Shown here: positions 28,266 to 38,467 of the stretch, in pieces
Position numbering within the stretch: position 1 is the stretch's first letter
Layout of the letters: each line of letters starts with the position of its first letter
Assembly: GCA_043800705.1 (NCBI GenBank)
Contig: JAZDMS010000001.1
Location: forward strand, 1-64,000
Direction: 5' to 3'
Length of the DNA: 64,000 nucleotides
DNA from: Candidatus Altiarchaeota archaeon
Lineage (GTDB): Archaea > Altiarchaeota > Altiarchaeia > IMC4 > SCGC-AAA252-I15
The notes under the pieces: generated by a model
Databases searched by the model: none
What the model saw: the letters and a program-made list of their open reading frames with translations, nothing else
What the model was told of the DNA's origin: nothing
Translations under genes and position numbers: made by a program

Positions 28266-29267
28266 TCAGCCCTCCCTGAGCTCCCTGTGCTTGAGCGCCA
28301 GGCCGCGGACCCCGACGACCTCGTCCAGTATCCCCCCGGCCTTTATTTTTCGTGTCAGATAGTCCGCGATCCTCAGGGGATAAAGCTGCGGGTGCAGGAC
28401 GTCGTCCTCCCGGAGCCACATGCAGGCCAGGCGGCGTAGGTCGTCCTCGAATCCGCCATAGTTGAACTCCCACCTCACGGTGAGGGGCCTGCTTGTCCCC
28501 GCGGGCAGATGCGGAAGGGGTTTGCCTGGCAACTTCATGTGACAGATGTTTATGCCCTCTCTCCCGTCAACGAGGTATTCTCCGGGTTCCAGTGCGACAT
28601 CGAAGAGTAGCATGTTCGTGTAGTCGTATCCGAGCTCTCTTGAGAGGTCCGTGGCGTGGCTGTCCTCGACCATCCCCACGACCTTCCCAATGTCCAGGAC
28701 ACCCTTGTAGGCGGATATGGCGTCGGCGTTCTCCGGATATATGGGGTCAATCTTCCTTAGATTCATGAGGTTCGTATAGAGGCTGCCGTCTACCAGGACG
28801 ATGTCCGGTCTCTTCCCCTCGGAAACGGATTCGCGGTGTGCATTCAGCGTGGAAGAGGATTCGAACGCGACCCTGGCGCTGTTTCCGCGGACGTCGAGGT
28901 CCGCATATGGGATGAACTCCCCGGCCCCCACGTAACTCGAATGCTCCAAGTCGCCATAGGGGAGGGCCCCGTTGCCTACGAGGGTGTCAGGGTGCGGTTT
29001 CCCGTCGAATGTGCACGCTATCGCGACCGCATGCGCCGCCCAGATGGCGTGGTATCTCAGCTCCCTGTATGCTATGGCGCAATCCGCTGCGAGTATCCTG
29101 GCATTGGCCCCCTCTGGCTTCAGGGTCCTGAACCCATAGCCCCTATCTGACAGCCTACCCCTGATCTCGTCCTTCGAGACCGACTCATGCTCCCGGAACC
29201 TGAAACCGCCGATGATCGCATCAACCGCATCCGTGCTGAGGGCGGCCCCTGCGGAAAGGGGTTTCAT
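28266..29267 (-). CDS. nurA: NurA-family 5'-3' nuclease
   Basis: ILAADC, IVLVDGSL, YPLRIADYLTR motifs. Confidence 0.75.
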   Translation of the reverse strand: MKPLSAGAALSTDAVDAIIGGFRFREHESVSKDEIRGRLSDRGYGFRTLKPEGANARILAADCAIAYRELRYHAIWAAHAVAIACTFDGKPHPDTLVGNGALPYGDLEHSSYVGAGEFIPYADLDVRGNSARVAFESSSTLNAHRESVSEGKRPDIVLVDGSLYTNLMNLRKIDPIYPENADAISAYKGVLDIGKVVGMVEDSHATDLSRELGYDYTNMLLFDVALEPGEYLVDGREGINICHMKLPGKPLPHLPAGTSRPLTVRWEFNYGGFEDDLRRLACMWLREDDVLHPQLYPLRIADYLTRKIKAGGILDEVVGVRGLALKHRELREG

Positions 29268-30208
29268 TGTATCGTCTGGTTGAATTCCGTCAGCTCCCTG
29301 GAAAGAAGATGGTACTGCTGCTCCGTGATCGCAGACTGGTCGATGGTAACGATGAGCCTGGACTTGTTCTGGACGACGACGTCGTCAATTCCCTGGACGA
29401 ACCTCAACGCCTCGTCGAAGCTGTTATGCAGGATAAGGTACTCCAGGCCCTCCAACAGCACCACGGTGTCTCCTCCCTTGTTGATGAAAGCCTTTATTAT
29501 ATGGCTCAGCTCCGCTAGGTCCCCCGGCTGCACCGACTCGTTGAATCCCTTCTCCTGGGTAAGCCAGACCATCGGGGTCTTCATCAGTCCAGTCGCATCC
29601 CTGACCTTGGGCGGATACCTCCTCGTGGCCGCGAAACCCATCAGCCCGTGGGTGACAAGGTCCGTGAACAAGTCCGCTCCGGTGACAATGTGCCTGTCGG
29701 CGTGCATGTAATAGTCCTTCATCGAGTTCGGCTGACCCTCCTTGACGAGGTAGCTGAGGCCCGGCTTCAGGGCGTATTTGGGCTCGGAATCGCTCGGGGA
29801 CTCGGCCTGCGGCAGGACTGGGGTGCGGACGAACCTGGCGTCGCCGCCTGCCTTGATGGACTCTAAAAGCAGATACGCGCCTGCTGCAAGGGTCACCGCG
29901 AGTATCGTCCGGGTGGCTGTGGTGATGAAATCCAGGGCGTTGACGTCGACCAACATCACAGTATCCAATCCTGATGTGACCCTCTCGTTGGCGAGGACGA
30001 GCAGCATCGTTGAGACGTTCAGAAGGAGCGTCATGAGCACCGCGCCAAAGACCCACAGCCAGCCGCTGTCCTGCTTCCCTGCGAGCTGGATGTGCTTGAA
30101 GAGCCTGATCCAGAACACTACCGCGGCGAAGGAGACCATGATGGTCAGGACGTTCAAGGGCAGCTGGAGGCTGCCGTACCAGAGCATCGTCAAATCCATT
30201 GGGATCAT
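29264..30208 (-). CDS. Membrane protein with C-terminal DUF835 domain
   Basis: Three TM helices; TRRYP, VWLT, VVLLEGLEYLILHNSF. Confidence 0.85.
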   Translation of the reverse strand: MIPMDLTMLWYGSLQLPLNVLTIMVSFAAVVFWIRLFKHIQLAGKQDSGWLWVFGAVLMTLLLNVSTMLLVLANERVTSGLDTVMLVDVNALDFITTATRTILAVTLAAGAYLLLESIKAGGDARFVRTPVLPQAESPSDSEPKYALKPGLSYLVKEGQPNSMKDYYMHADRHIVTGADLFTDLVTHGLMGFAATRRYPPKVRDATGLMKTPMVWLTQEKGFNESVQPGDLAELSHIIKAFINKGGDTVVLLEGLEYLILHNSFDEALRFVQGIDDVVVQNKSRLIVTIDQSAITEQQYHLLSRELTEFNQTIQ

Positions 30209-30237
30209 ATTAATAGTGGCGGCGCATATTAAAGGGC

Positions 30238-30864
30238 ATGCTGAAGGCTGTAATCTTCGACTTCGACGGGACGCTGGTCGATACGATCGGCAGCATCTGG
30301 GCCGAGTACAGGCGGGTAATCTCCGTCATGGGGCTGCCTGCGGTCTCACACCGCGATTTCACCCGCAACATAGGCCGAGCATGGGACGAGATAATCGTGG
30401 GATTCTGGCCCGGGATCGATGCGAAGGATTTCACGCGACACTACCGCGTCGAGGCGGAGTCTGTTAAGCCGATACCGGGCGTCGAAGAGGCATTGGAAAG
30501 GCTTTCTGGGGACTATGGCCTTGCGATAATGACCTCAAGGGGTGAAAAGACGTTTATACCGCATATGAGGAAGGCCGGGATCGACCCGAAGCTTTTTAAG
30601 GCGGTCTTCCATAGGAACGACCTCGAATACAACAAGCCTGATCCGAGGGCGCTGTCCCCGGTCTTCAAGGCATTGAAGCTGAAGCCTTCCGAATCAATAT
30701 ACGTCGGCGACAGCATAATCGACGCGCAGTGCGCGCTGAAGGCTGGGGCCGGATTCGTCGCGGTCCTCACCGGAGGCGCCTATCCGGAAGATTTTAAGGA
30801 TATGGGTGTAAAGGACATAATACCCTCGGTCAAAGAGCTGCCGAAACTGCTGGAACGAGTGTGA
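30238..30864 (+). CDS. HAD-family hydrolase
   Basis: FDFDGTLVDT, KPDP, YVGDS..D. Confidence 0.95.
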   Translation: MLKAVIFDFDGTLVDTIGSIWAEYRRVISVMGLPAVSHRDFTRNIGRAWDEIIVGFWPGIDAKDFTRHYRVEAESVKPIPGVEEALERLSGDYGLAIMTSRGEKTFIPHMRKAGIDPKLFKAVFHRNDLEYNKPDPRALSPVFKALKLKPSESIYVGDSIIDAQCALKAGAGFVAVLTGGAYPEDFKDMGVKDIIPSVKELPKLLERV

Positions 30865-30871
30865 ACCATCG

Positions 30872-31447
30872 ATGGAAAAGGCCAAACCAAAGTCTTTGGG
30901 GAAAAAAGCGGAAGGCTGGATGTTCTGGGTCCCTGAGGAACGGCTTGCCCAAATGCCCAACCGCGCAGAATACTTGGTTGGCGGCAAAACCGTGGCGATA
31001 GAGCTCAGCGGCGTCGATCCGGGAGCAGGGAGGATATTCAAAGGGGTCCTAGAGGGAGGCGACGGATATTCGCCATCAAGCAACTATGGCGTGCATGTGT
31101 GCCATGGGGCTCCATCCAGATGCAAGATGCAAATACGCAGAAGGGGGCCCATTTTCCTGAAACTTGAGGTCCCAGCCACGCCAATAGGTGACCCGGATCT
31201 TGACCCAGCTTATGTCTTTGGTTCCGACAGCAAAAAACATGCCGCACGTATCCTGGACAAGGACATGCGCGGTCGTCTCGTAGAATTCAAAGACGTCATC
31301 ACCTCATGTTCCATAGACGCGAAGGAGGTGTGCATTTGGACCTCCGGCACCCTCAGCAGGACAAACATGGCCCACATGCAAAAGCTCGCCGACATTGTGA
31401 CTCTCGCATGCGATCTGGCTGACAGGGTATCTACTTCAAAATCCTGA
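30872..31447 (+). CDS. Hypothetical protein
   Basis: 191-aa ORF filling the gap; no recognised motif. Confidence 0.55.
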   Translation: MEKAKPKSLGKKAEGWMFWVPEERLAQMPNRAEYLVGGKTVAIELSGVDPGAGRIFKGVLEGGDGYSPSSNYGVHVCHGAPSRCKMQIRRRGPIFLKLEVPATPIGDPDLDPAYVFGSDSKKHAARILDKDMRGRLVEFKDVITSCSIDAKEVCIWTSGTLSRTNMAHMQKLADIVTLACDLADRVSTSKS

Positions 31448-32522
31448 CGAGCTCGTCGTGCGGCATGTCCGTCCTGAATCCGACGTCTTTGAAGTGGGTC
31501 CTTGCGAACCTGTAACCAGCGGACGATACCGCCTCAGCCAGCTTCTCGGTCCTCGGGATGTCCGAACCGGAACTGCTGCACAGCTTGTGCAGGTCATAAT
31601 ACGGCAAGGTCACCTCCTGCTCCTTAATTAGGAGGCCAAGCAGTTTGGCGGACTTCGCCTTCTCCTGGAATTCCCCCCCGAGGATCTCGTCATAGACGGC
31701 CTTGCAGATCTGCTCGTCTGCGAACCTGCCTGTCCACAGGGGCCCGGCGGTCTGGAATTTTCCGCCGCAGCTGCATTCCTCCTTTAGCTGACAGAGGCTC
31801 ATGTATTCCCTCCGCAGGCAGCTGAAGCAATACTGCATGTAACCCACGGACTTCATCGTCTCCTGGTGCCTGCTCCCGAGGCGAAACTGCACGCGCATGT
31901 AATGCCTCGTCGAATGGCACAGGAGCGGCTCGATTCCGCACTCGTGCCTCAAGGCGATCCTAGCCATGAAGCCGATGAGTACCCTAAGCCCGACTTCGTT
32001 GTAGCAGTCGCAGCGCAGGGGGACAGCATCGTATTTTCGCATGCACGCCTTCGGATACGAACCGCACAAGGCGCTCGTATCGGTCGCGCAAAGCCCGATA
32101 TAGTTTCCCCACCTAGCCTGGGATACGACTGCCTCGGCGTATGGCACCGGCGGGCCGAACGGATCCAGGTCGAAAAAATCGTATTTCCTCCCGGCGAGGA
32201 TCGCCCTCGCATCCTGGCGCTCGAGACTGACTTGGACGCCATTCAAGGCGGCGTTCTCGCCGATGAGTTCTAGGGCCTTCGGGTTCAGGTCGTTGAGTGT
32301 GACGTCGACCCCCGCCTCCTTGGCGACCCTGACCCCCCGCGCCCCGCTGCCTGCCATCAGGTCAATGAACGTCTTCGGCTTCAGGACCCGGCATAAGGCC
32401 ACCGTGATGTCCCTGTTTAGGCGCATATGGGGGTTGTAGAACACCTCCTCCCCCTTGGATATGCCTCCACCGACGGGGACTTTCAGCCTCGTGGAGCCTT
32501 CGACGATGTCCTCGTAATCCAT
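31431..32522 (-). CDS. trm1: tRNA (guanine26-N2)-dimethyltransferase
   Basis: VFYNP.M.LNRD, SGARGVR, DLDPFG.P, ATDTSALCG, GPLWTG. Confidence 0.95.
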   Translation of the reverse strand: MDYEDIVEGSTRLKVPVGGGISKGEEVFYNPHMRLNRDITVALCRVLKPKTFIDLMAGSGARGVRVAKEAGVDVTLNDLNPKALELIGENAALNGVQVSLERQDARAILAGRKYDFFDLDPFGPPVPYAEAVVSQARWGNYIGLCATDTSALCGSYPKACMRKYDAVPLRCDCYNEVGLRVLIGFMARIALRHECGIEPLLCHSTRHYMRVQFRLGSRHQETMKSVGYMQYCFSCLRREYMSLCQLKEECSCGGKFQTAGPLWTGRFADEQICKAVYDEILGGEFQEKAKSAKLLGLLIKEQEVTLPYYDLHKLCSSSGSDIPRTEKLAEAVSSAGYRFARTHFKDVGFRTDMPHDELVRILK

Positions 32523-32609
32523 GGAAGAATATGGCTGCTTCGGATAAAATACGGTTTGATCATCCGTATTTTAAGCCTCACTCCGAATTACTGTCTAGAG
32601 GTGGTTTTA

Positions 32610-33527
32610 ATGATTTTGGAGATTATCGGAATAGTGTGCGTACTGCTCGTTCTGATGAGTATAAAGATAATAAACCCGACCGAAAGGGGTCTGGTCGAGC
32701 GCTTCGGGAAATACAACCGCTTCGCCGAACCCGGCCTCAGCATAGTGATCCCAATGGTCGAAGGCATACGGAGGATCAACATAACGGAACAGATGATCGA
32801 CGCGGAGCCGCAGGAGGTCATCACCAAGGACAACCTCAACGCGCAGGTCGACGCGCAGATATACTTCAAGGTCTTAAACGACGAAGGCAGCGTCAAAAAA
32901 TCCCAGTATAACGTATACAACTACGAGGAGCAGATAGTCGCACTCGCAAGGACCACCCTACGTAACATCATCGGGCAGATGAACTTCGTCGAAGTCAACA
33001 GCCAACGGGACACGCTCAACAACGAGCTCGCGAAGGGCCTGAGGGGGCAGATACAGGCTTGGGGCATCGAGATCGTGCGCTCAGAGCTGAAGGAGATCCA
33101 GCCGCCACAGGACGTCCAGGAGACGATGAACAAGGTCCTCAAGGCCCAGAACGAGAAGACCGCCGCCATCGACTACGCGACCGCGACGGAGACCCAGGCA
33201 GACGGGAAGAGGAGGGCCCTCATAAAGGAGGCCGAAGGGTACAAGCAGTCCTCGATACTGAAGGCCGAGGGTGAGGCGAAGGCGATCGAGCTCGTCAACA
33301 TGGCGGCGAGGGAGTACTTCAAGGACGAGGCCCAGCTGATGAGAAAGCTGGAGGTCACGGAGAACTCACTCAGGAACAACACTAAGATAATCGTGCCCTC
33401 GTCGAGCAGCCTGGTGAACGTGATCGGGGAACTGGGCGGCATGCCTCTGGTCCTGCCGCAGAAGGCCGATCCGCCGAAGCAGGCCTACGATATGTCCCCC
33501 AAAAAACAGGGCAAACCCCAGGATTAG
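32610..33527 (+). CDS. SPFH/band 7 (stomatin-like) protein
   Basis: VERFGKY, QEVITKDN, TTLRNIIG; GAGGTG SD before ATG 32610. Confidence 0.93.
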   Translation: MILEIIGIVCVLLVLMSIKIINPTERGLVERFGKYNRFAEPGLSIVIPMVEGIRRINITEQMIDAEPQEVITKDNLNAQVDAQIYFKVLNDEGSVKKSQYNVYNYEEQIVALARTTLRNIIGQMNFVEVNSQRDTLNNELAKGLRGQIQAWGIEIVRSELKEIQPPQDVQETMNKVLKAQNEKTAAIDYATATETQADGKRRALIKEAEGYKQSSILKAEGEAKAIELVNMAAREYFKDEAQLMRKLEVTENSLRNNTKIIVPSSSSLVNVIGELGGMPLVLPQKADPPKQAYDMSPKKQGKPQD

Positions 33528-33581
33528 GCGAAAACTAACAGGGGATGTCTCTTTTAAACCCCCTGCGCTTATTATCCTACC

Positions 33582-34127
33582 GTGAAAATCGTCGTAGCCA
33601 TCACTGGAGCATCGGGTGTGGTCCTCGGAAAGCGCCTAATAGAGGAACTGCGGGGGCATGAGGTCCACGCCATAGTCAGCTCCTCGGCGAAGGAGGTAGC
33701 CAGGCATGAGAAGGTCGACCTCGAGCCCATGCAAAAGCTGGCGACCGTCCACGAAGAGGCGAACATGTGCTCGCCGCTGGCGTCAAGCTCTAACCTCGTC
33801 GATGCGATGGTCGTGGTCCCCTGCAGCATGAAGACCCTGTCCGCCATCGCCAACGGATACGACGACAATCTGATAACCCGCGCAGCGGAGAACATCCTGA
33901 AGATGGGTGGTAAACTCGTCGTCGTCCCGAGGGACACGCCTATCACGCTGGCCGCCATCGATAACATGCGCAACCTCAAGCTGGCGGGAGCGATCATACT
34001 CCCTCCGAACGTCGCCTATTACGGCGAGCCGAAGACCGTCGACGACGTCACGGACTTCCTCGTCGGGAAAATATTCGACTCCCTAAGGATCGATCATAGG
34101 CTGTATAAGCGCTGGCGCGGCCACTGA
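33582..34127 (+). CDS. ubiX: Flavin prenyltransferase
   Basis: VAITGASG, PCSMKTLSAIANG..DNLITRAA, VPRDTP. Confidence 0.93.
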   Translation: MKIVVAITGASGVVLGKRLIEELRGHEVHAIVSSSAKEVARHEKVDLEPMQKLATVHEEANMCSPLASSSNLVDAMVVVPCSMKTLSAIANGYDDNLITRAAENILKMGGKLVVVPRDTPITLAAIDNMRNLKLAGAIILPPNVAYYGEPKTVDDVTDFLVGKIFDSLRIDHRLYKRWRGH

Positions 34128-36137
34128 CTAGGTCTTTATGGGTAGTATGACGAACGGTATCCCGTGCCTGTTAAGCCTCCCCTGCAGGGCGAAGATCGTG
34201 TAGTTGTCCAAGAGCCTCGACATGAGGGAGTATTTTGGCGGTATTACCTGGCCTCCGAAGAATACGGAGTCCGGGAACCTCTCCCTGATCTGGGGGAGGA
34301 TCTTCGTCTCGATCTCCTCCGTCACGTCGGTTCCCAGGGTGTATATGCCCTCCGCATAGTACCCCTGGTGCCTAATCAGGCTGACATACTTGTCTACTTC
34401 GCCTTTGGTGTGTTCCTTGAGCCTGTCGATCTCGGACATCCCCTTGAAGTTGCCGGAATCCATTATCCCTATGTGGACAAACACGAAATTCCTGAAATTG
34501 CCGGGAAAAAGGCTTAGAATGCTGGCGACCATGTGCAAGCCCATGCCGTTGAAGTCCTTCACGAGCAGGATCGCCGTCTTTTTATCGGCTTCGAATTCCC
34601 TGCTCATGTCAAGTTTTTTTATCGCCTCATCGGGCTGTTCGGGAGCCTTGGGATCCAGCTGACTGATCTGGGTGTCCAGGCGCTCAAGAAGCCTGGCGAT
34701 GTAGTCGTAGTGCCGCCTTATCATCAGGCACACCGCAACCATGAATCCGGTTATGATGATCGTCATCCAGCCGCCCTCCTCGAACTTCAAAATAGTGACC
34801 GATAAAAGGAAGAAGCTCGTCACAAAGAGCCCGAGAAGGCAGACGCAGAACTTCCTAAGCCACTTCTCCATCTTCGAGCGCCTCATATGCCAGAAATATA
34901 TCTGGGTGCCTAGCATCGAGAGCGTGAATGTGATGAATACGTTGATGCTGTATAACACGACGAGGAACTGTACGGAGCCTTCCGCCAGGATCATCATCGC
35001 AAGCGCGGCGCCTCCGACTATGATGATACCGTTCTGGTTGACGAAACGGTCGCTAAGGAGGGAAAACCTCTTCGGCACCCAGCCGTCCAAGGCCATATTG
35101 GAAAGGATACGCGGCCCGTCGATGAATCCGGCCTGGGCTCCGACGAACAGCAAAGCTGCCTCGGATATCAGCGTCACGACGAGGAAATAGTGGCCCATGG
35201 CCCCCCAGCCCTCAGTAATCCCCCCCAGGAGGATGGCGTTGAACGTTTTATCCCCCTGTGAGCCGACGTTGTAGAATATGTATGCGAGCATGAGGCCGCC
35301 GGCTGTGAAGGCAAGGGAAAACATCATATACTCCATGGTCTTCTTGGCAGTCTTCACCTTCGGTTCCCTTAGGATCGGTATGCCGTTGCTGACCGCCTCA
35401 AGGCCCGTATACGTCCCAGCCCCCATGCTGAACGCCTTCAGCACCAGGATCACGGCTCCGAGGATGCCTATATCAGCTGAAGCCTTATGCATATCAGCCT
35501 CCACAGCCGCCGCAAATGCCGACGGGCTGACAGGATTCGCATATACTGCATAGAAGATGACTATAAGATGGGTTATCAAGAAGAGGATAAATATGGGGGC
35601 CAGTATGAGGACCGATTCCTTGACGCCCCTGAGGTTCAGGAGAATCATAATTAGGACCCCGGCGATCGCGAACTCAAGCCTGTACGGCGACCATGCCGCC
35701 GGGAGGAAGCTGAATATGGCTGCGGCACCGGCTGCTATGGATACTGTGATTGTAAGGATGTAGTCTATGAATAGGGCGCAGCCGGATACCATCCCCCCCT
35801 TCGGAGACAGGAACTTGCTGGCGACGATGTATCCCCCGCTGCCCGTACTCGACGGGAAGAGCTCGATGATCTGCGAATAATTCGCGCCGATTATGAATAC
35901 GGTCGCTGCCGTCGCCAAAGCCACGAAGATCCCGAGGTAGGGGTGGCCTTGGAGGACCCTGAACGCCTCCTCAGGGCCGTAGGACGACGAGGACAGTCCG
36001 TCGGCGCCCAACCCTATCCAGGCAAAAAACGCTATCAGAGAGATCTTATGGAACACCTTGGAGTCGACGATTATCGGGGGCCCGATGAAGATATCCTTGA
36101 CCTGCCTCATCAACGAGCTTTTCTTCTCTGTGTCCAT
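34128..36137 (-). CDS. APC-superfamily permease (KimA/YdaO-like)
   Basis: GADGLSSSSYGPEE, NLRGVKES, TGLEAVSNG, cytoplasmic C-terminal domain. Confidence 0.85.
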   Translation of the reverse strand: MDTEKKSSLMRQVKDIFIGPPIIVDSKVFHKISLIAFFAWIGLGADGLSSSSYGPEEAFRVLQGHPYLGIFVALATAATVFIIGANYSQIIELFPSSTGSGGYIVASKFLSPKGGMVSGCALFIDYILTITVSIAAGAAAIFSFLPAAWSPYRLEFAIAGVLIMILLNLRGVKESVLILAPIFILFLITHLIVIFYAVYANPVSPSAFAAAVEADMHKASADIGILGAVILVLKAFSMGAGTYTGLEAVSNGIPILREPKVKTAKKTMEYMMFSLAFTAGGLMLAYIFYNVGSQGDKTFNAILLGGITEGWGAMGHYFLVVTLISEAALLFVGAQAGFIDGPRILSNMALDGWVPKRFSLLSDRFVNQNGIIIVGGAALAMMILAEGSVQFLVVLYSINVFITFTLSMLGTQIYFWHMRRSKMEKWLRKFCVCLLGLFVTSFFLLSVTILKFEEGGWMTIIITGFMVAVCLMIRRHYDYIARLLERLDTQISQLDPKAPEQPDEAIKKLDMSREFEADKKTAILLVKDFNGMGLHMVASILSLFPGNFRNFVFVHIGIMDSGNFKGMSEIDRLKEHTKGEVDKYVSLIRHQGYYAEGIYTLGTDVTEEIETKILPQIRERFPDSVFFGGQVIPPKYSLMSRLLDNYTIFALQGRLNRHGIPFVILPIKT

Positions 36138-36149
36138 ACCTACCTGCGC

Positions 36150-37091
36150 CTAGAGGGCGTTCTTGGAGAGTACTCTACTGATAAACGTATTCGCCGCCTT
36201 CTGGAACTTTTCCGACGGCTCGTACTCCATCTCCCCCTTGAATACCTCGACTGCGGGGCCTGTAAGCAGCATCCTCCCTACCTTTCCGGAGGCTGATTCC
36301 AGTTTCACGTTCAGGTCCCCGCCCCTTGCATGGAACACGAACGTCCGGTCCATGTCGCTTCGGCCGTTCAGCACCGCGGCGACGGCACAGGCGCATGCTC
36401 CTGTCCCGCATGCCAATGTCTCGTTCTCGACCCCCCGCTCGTACGACCTTATCTTGTACTCCGAGCCGCCGGCCTTCTCTACGAAGTGGACGTTGATGCC
36501 TCTCGTGAACTCTTTCTTCATGTTCATTATCGCCTTTCCAATGCGCAAGACGTCGACCTTCTCCACGTCTTCGACGAACAGGACCGCGTGAGGATTGCCT
36601 GTGCCGACGCAGGTGACCTTGTATGTCTGCCCCAAGACCGTCAATTCCACTCCTATGTAGGTGTCGCCTGGCTTGCCTGCGATGCCTATCTGTTCCCGGC
36701 TCAGTTGCGGCGATCCCATGTCCACCCGGACCATCTCGACCTTGTCGTTGAAGAGGGTAAGGACGAGAGACTTCACTCCCGCAGCGGTCTCCACGCTAAT
36801 GTTCGTCCTGTCCACGTGTCCGTTGTCGTAGAGGTATTTTGCGAAGCAGCGTATGCCGTTGCCATCCATCTCGGCTACCGTCCCGTCGGGGTTGTAGAAC
36901 ACGAACTTGGCGTCGACGTTGTCGGACTTCTGGACGAAAATGACCCCCTCCGAGCCGATCCCGGTGTGCCTGTCCGCGGCAAAGACCGCGAAACCCGGCT
37001 TCTTGTCGCTTGGGACGATCTCCTGCTCCAATTCGTCCACCAGGATGAAGTCGTTCGACACGCCTTGCATCTTCGTAAAAGGGACTTTCAT
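36150..37091 (-). CDS. dapF: Diaminopimelate epimerase family protein with non-canonical active site
   Basis: FTKMQG..NDF, NPDG..AEMDGNG, GNPH, ERGVENETLACGTG. Confidence 0.85.
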   Translation of the reverse strand: MKVPFTKMQGVSNDFILVDELEQEIVPSDKKPGFAVFAADRHTGIGSEGVIFVQKSDNVDAKFVFYNPDGTVAEMDGNGIRCFAKYLYDNGHVDRTNISVETAAGVKSLVLTLFNDKVEMVRVDMGSPQLSREQIGIAGKPGDTYIGVELTVLGQTYKVTCVGTGNPHAVLFVEDVEKVDVLRIGKAIMNMKKEFTRGINVHFVEKAGGSEYKIRSYERGVENETLACGTGACACAVAAVLNGRSDMDRTFVFHARGGDLNVKLESASGKVGRMLLTGPAVEVFKGEMEYEPSEKFQKAANTFISRVLSKNAL

Positions 37092-37239
37092 GGGATTGTT
37101 TTCGGTTTTAGCGAAAAACCGGCTGTCCTATAAACATACGCCCGCAAGGTTATAAAACTTATCGGAGAACCGCGGCATTCGCGGTTTTACGCCTTCCTCC
37201 AGCGGTGGTTTGCGCTATCTAATTGGTTGTTCGCTGTTT

Positions 37240-37716
37240 ATGTCAATGGAGCCTGTCAATCCCCTTCAGGTGCTGCGGGATGCCATGCACATAGAGAAGG
37301 AAGGGATCAGGTTCTACCGGCTAGCCTCGAAGGCATCCAAAGATCGGAAGACCCAGGAACTCTTCATGCGCCTGGCCGGCGAGGAACATAACCCTCTTGA
37401 GAAGCTGGAACTAGTATACGACAATCTGGCGGAAAACAACGAGTGGCTCGTCGACAAAGACCTCCTGGAGGGGAAGAAAAAAGTTTTGAAGGATCTGGAC
37501 ATATTCAATCGCGACATCGGGCAAGAAGGGGACATGGATGCACTGGATCGAGGCATAAAGGTGGAGGATGACTCGATCATCCTATATCAGCGTGCGTTCG
37601 ATGGTTTCAAGGAATCGTCCAACGGGAGGCAGTCCGTCTTTTCCTGGCTCCTTGGCTTCGAAAAGGAGCATTTGAAGGCGCTCAAGGAAAGGCGCAGGGA
37701 AATCGTCGGCTCCTGA
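37240..37716 (+). CDS. Ferritin-like/rubrerythrin-family diiron protein
   Basis: EKEGIRFY, EDDSIILY, EKEH. Confidence 0.8.
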   Translation: MSMEPVNPLQVLRDAMHIEKEGIRFYRLASKASKDRKTQELFMRLAGEEHNPLEKLELVYDNLAENNEWLVDKDLLEGKKKVLKDLDIFNRDIGQEGDMDALDRGIKVEDDSIILYQRAFDGFKESSNGRQSVFSWLLGFEKEHLKALKERRREIVGS

Positions 37717-37720
37717 GCGT

Positions 37721-37972
37721 TCAGATCAGCCTGTGCACGAGCTGGAGCCTGTCGTGGTTGATTCTGTAGAGTATCCTTTTGCCGTCCCGGCGCCAGGTGA
37801 CTAGGCCGTGGTGTTCGAGCTTCTTCAGCTGAAGCGAAATGGTCGACTGGGCCCTCTTGCAGTGGATGGTGATCTCATGCACCGGCTTCTCGCCGGTCAA
37901 GAGATGCTCCATAATCCTGTACCTGGTCTCGTCTGCGAAGGCCTTGTAGATGTGCAGCTTCTCGACGTTCAT
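37721..37972 (-). CDS. ArsR/SmtB family regulator
   Basis: AFADETRYRI, QSTISLQLKKL..GLV..RRDG..ILY. Confidence 0.9.
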   Translation of the reverse strand: MNVEKLHIYKAFADETRYRIMEHLLTGEKPVHEITIHCKRAQSTISLQLKKLEHHGLVTWRRDGKRILYRINHDRLQLVHRLI

Positions 37973-38212
37973 GATAACCTATTGTCATTTACGTTTATAA
38001 ATTATTACCCTGTCTTTTTAACCCTTTCCGTCAAATAATGGGTATGGCCAAAGCACTTTTCGAATCTGCAGGATCGAGAAAGGCGAGAAGAGGGGACGGA
38101 CGGACGACCATGGACTCCGAGATGATGAAAGATCTTGCAGGATCTGGTGCCAATCAGCTTGAAAGAAATCCCTGGGAGAGGAAGTCTAAAACGGAACAGA
38201 GGAAATACTGAC

Positions 38213-38440
38213 TCAGACGCCCTTTTCACACACGATGTAGCCGTTTTCAAACCTGGGTGCCAATTTCCCGAATTTTTCCCTGAACCCTCCGGTATTTGCC
38301 GGCTCTCCGTCGGTCCTCCAGACATTCTTCATGTCTATGACGTAGTGGGTCTCCCCTGTCTCGGGAACGTCCTTCAGCTTTTGGCTGAACTCCTCCAACA
38401 GTTTGACCCCCTCATTCTGGATGTTTTCCGCGTCGACCAT
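38213..38440 (-). CDS. gatC: Asp-tRNA(Asn) amidotransferase subunit C (archaeal type)
   Basis: EEFS..L, ETHYV....NVWR.DG, AP....GYIVCEKG. Confidence 0.75.
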   Translation of the reverse strand: MVDAENIQNEGVKLLEEFSQKLKDVPETGETHYVIDMKNVWRTDGEPANTGGFREKFGKLAPRFENGYIVCEKGV

Positions 38441-38467
38441 TGTAATCTAAATGTCGTCCCATGTTAA

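Noticed and set aside
37168-37186. Hairpin AACCGCG-gcatt-CGCGGTT as another copy of the CCGCGAC element
   Set aside because: Arms differ and are too short to assign
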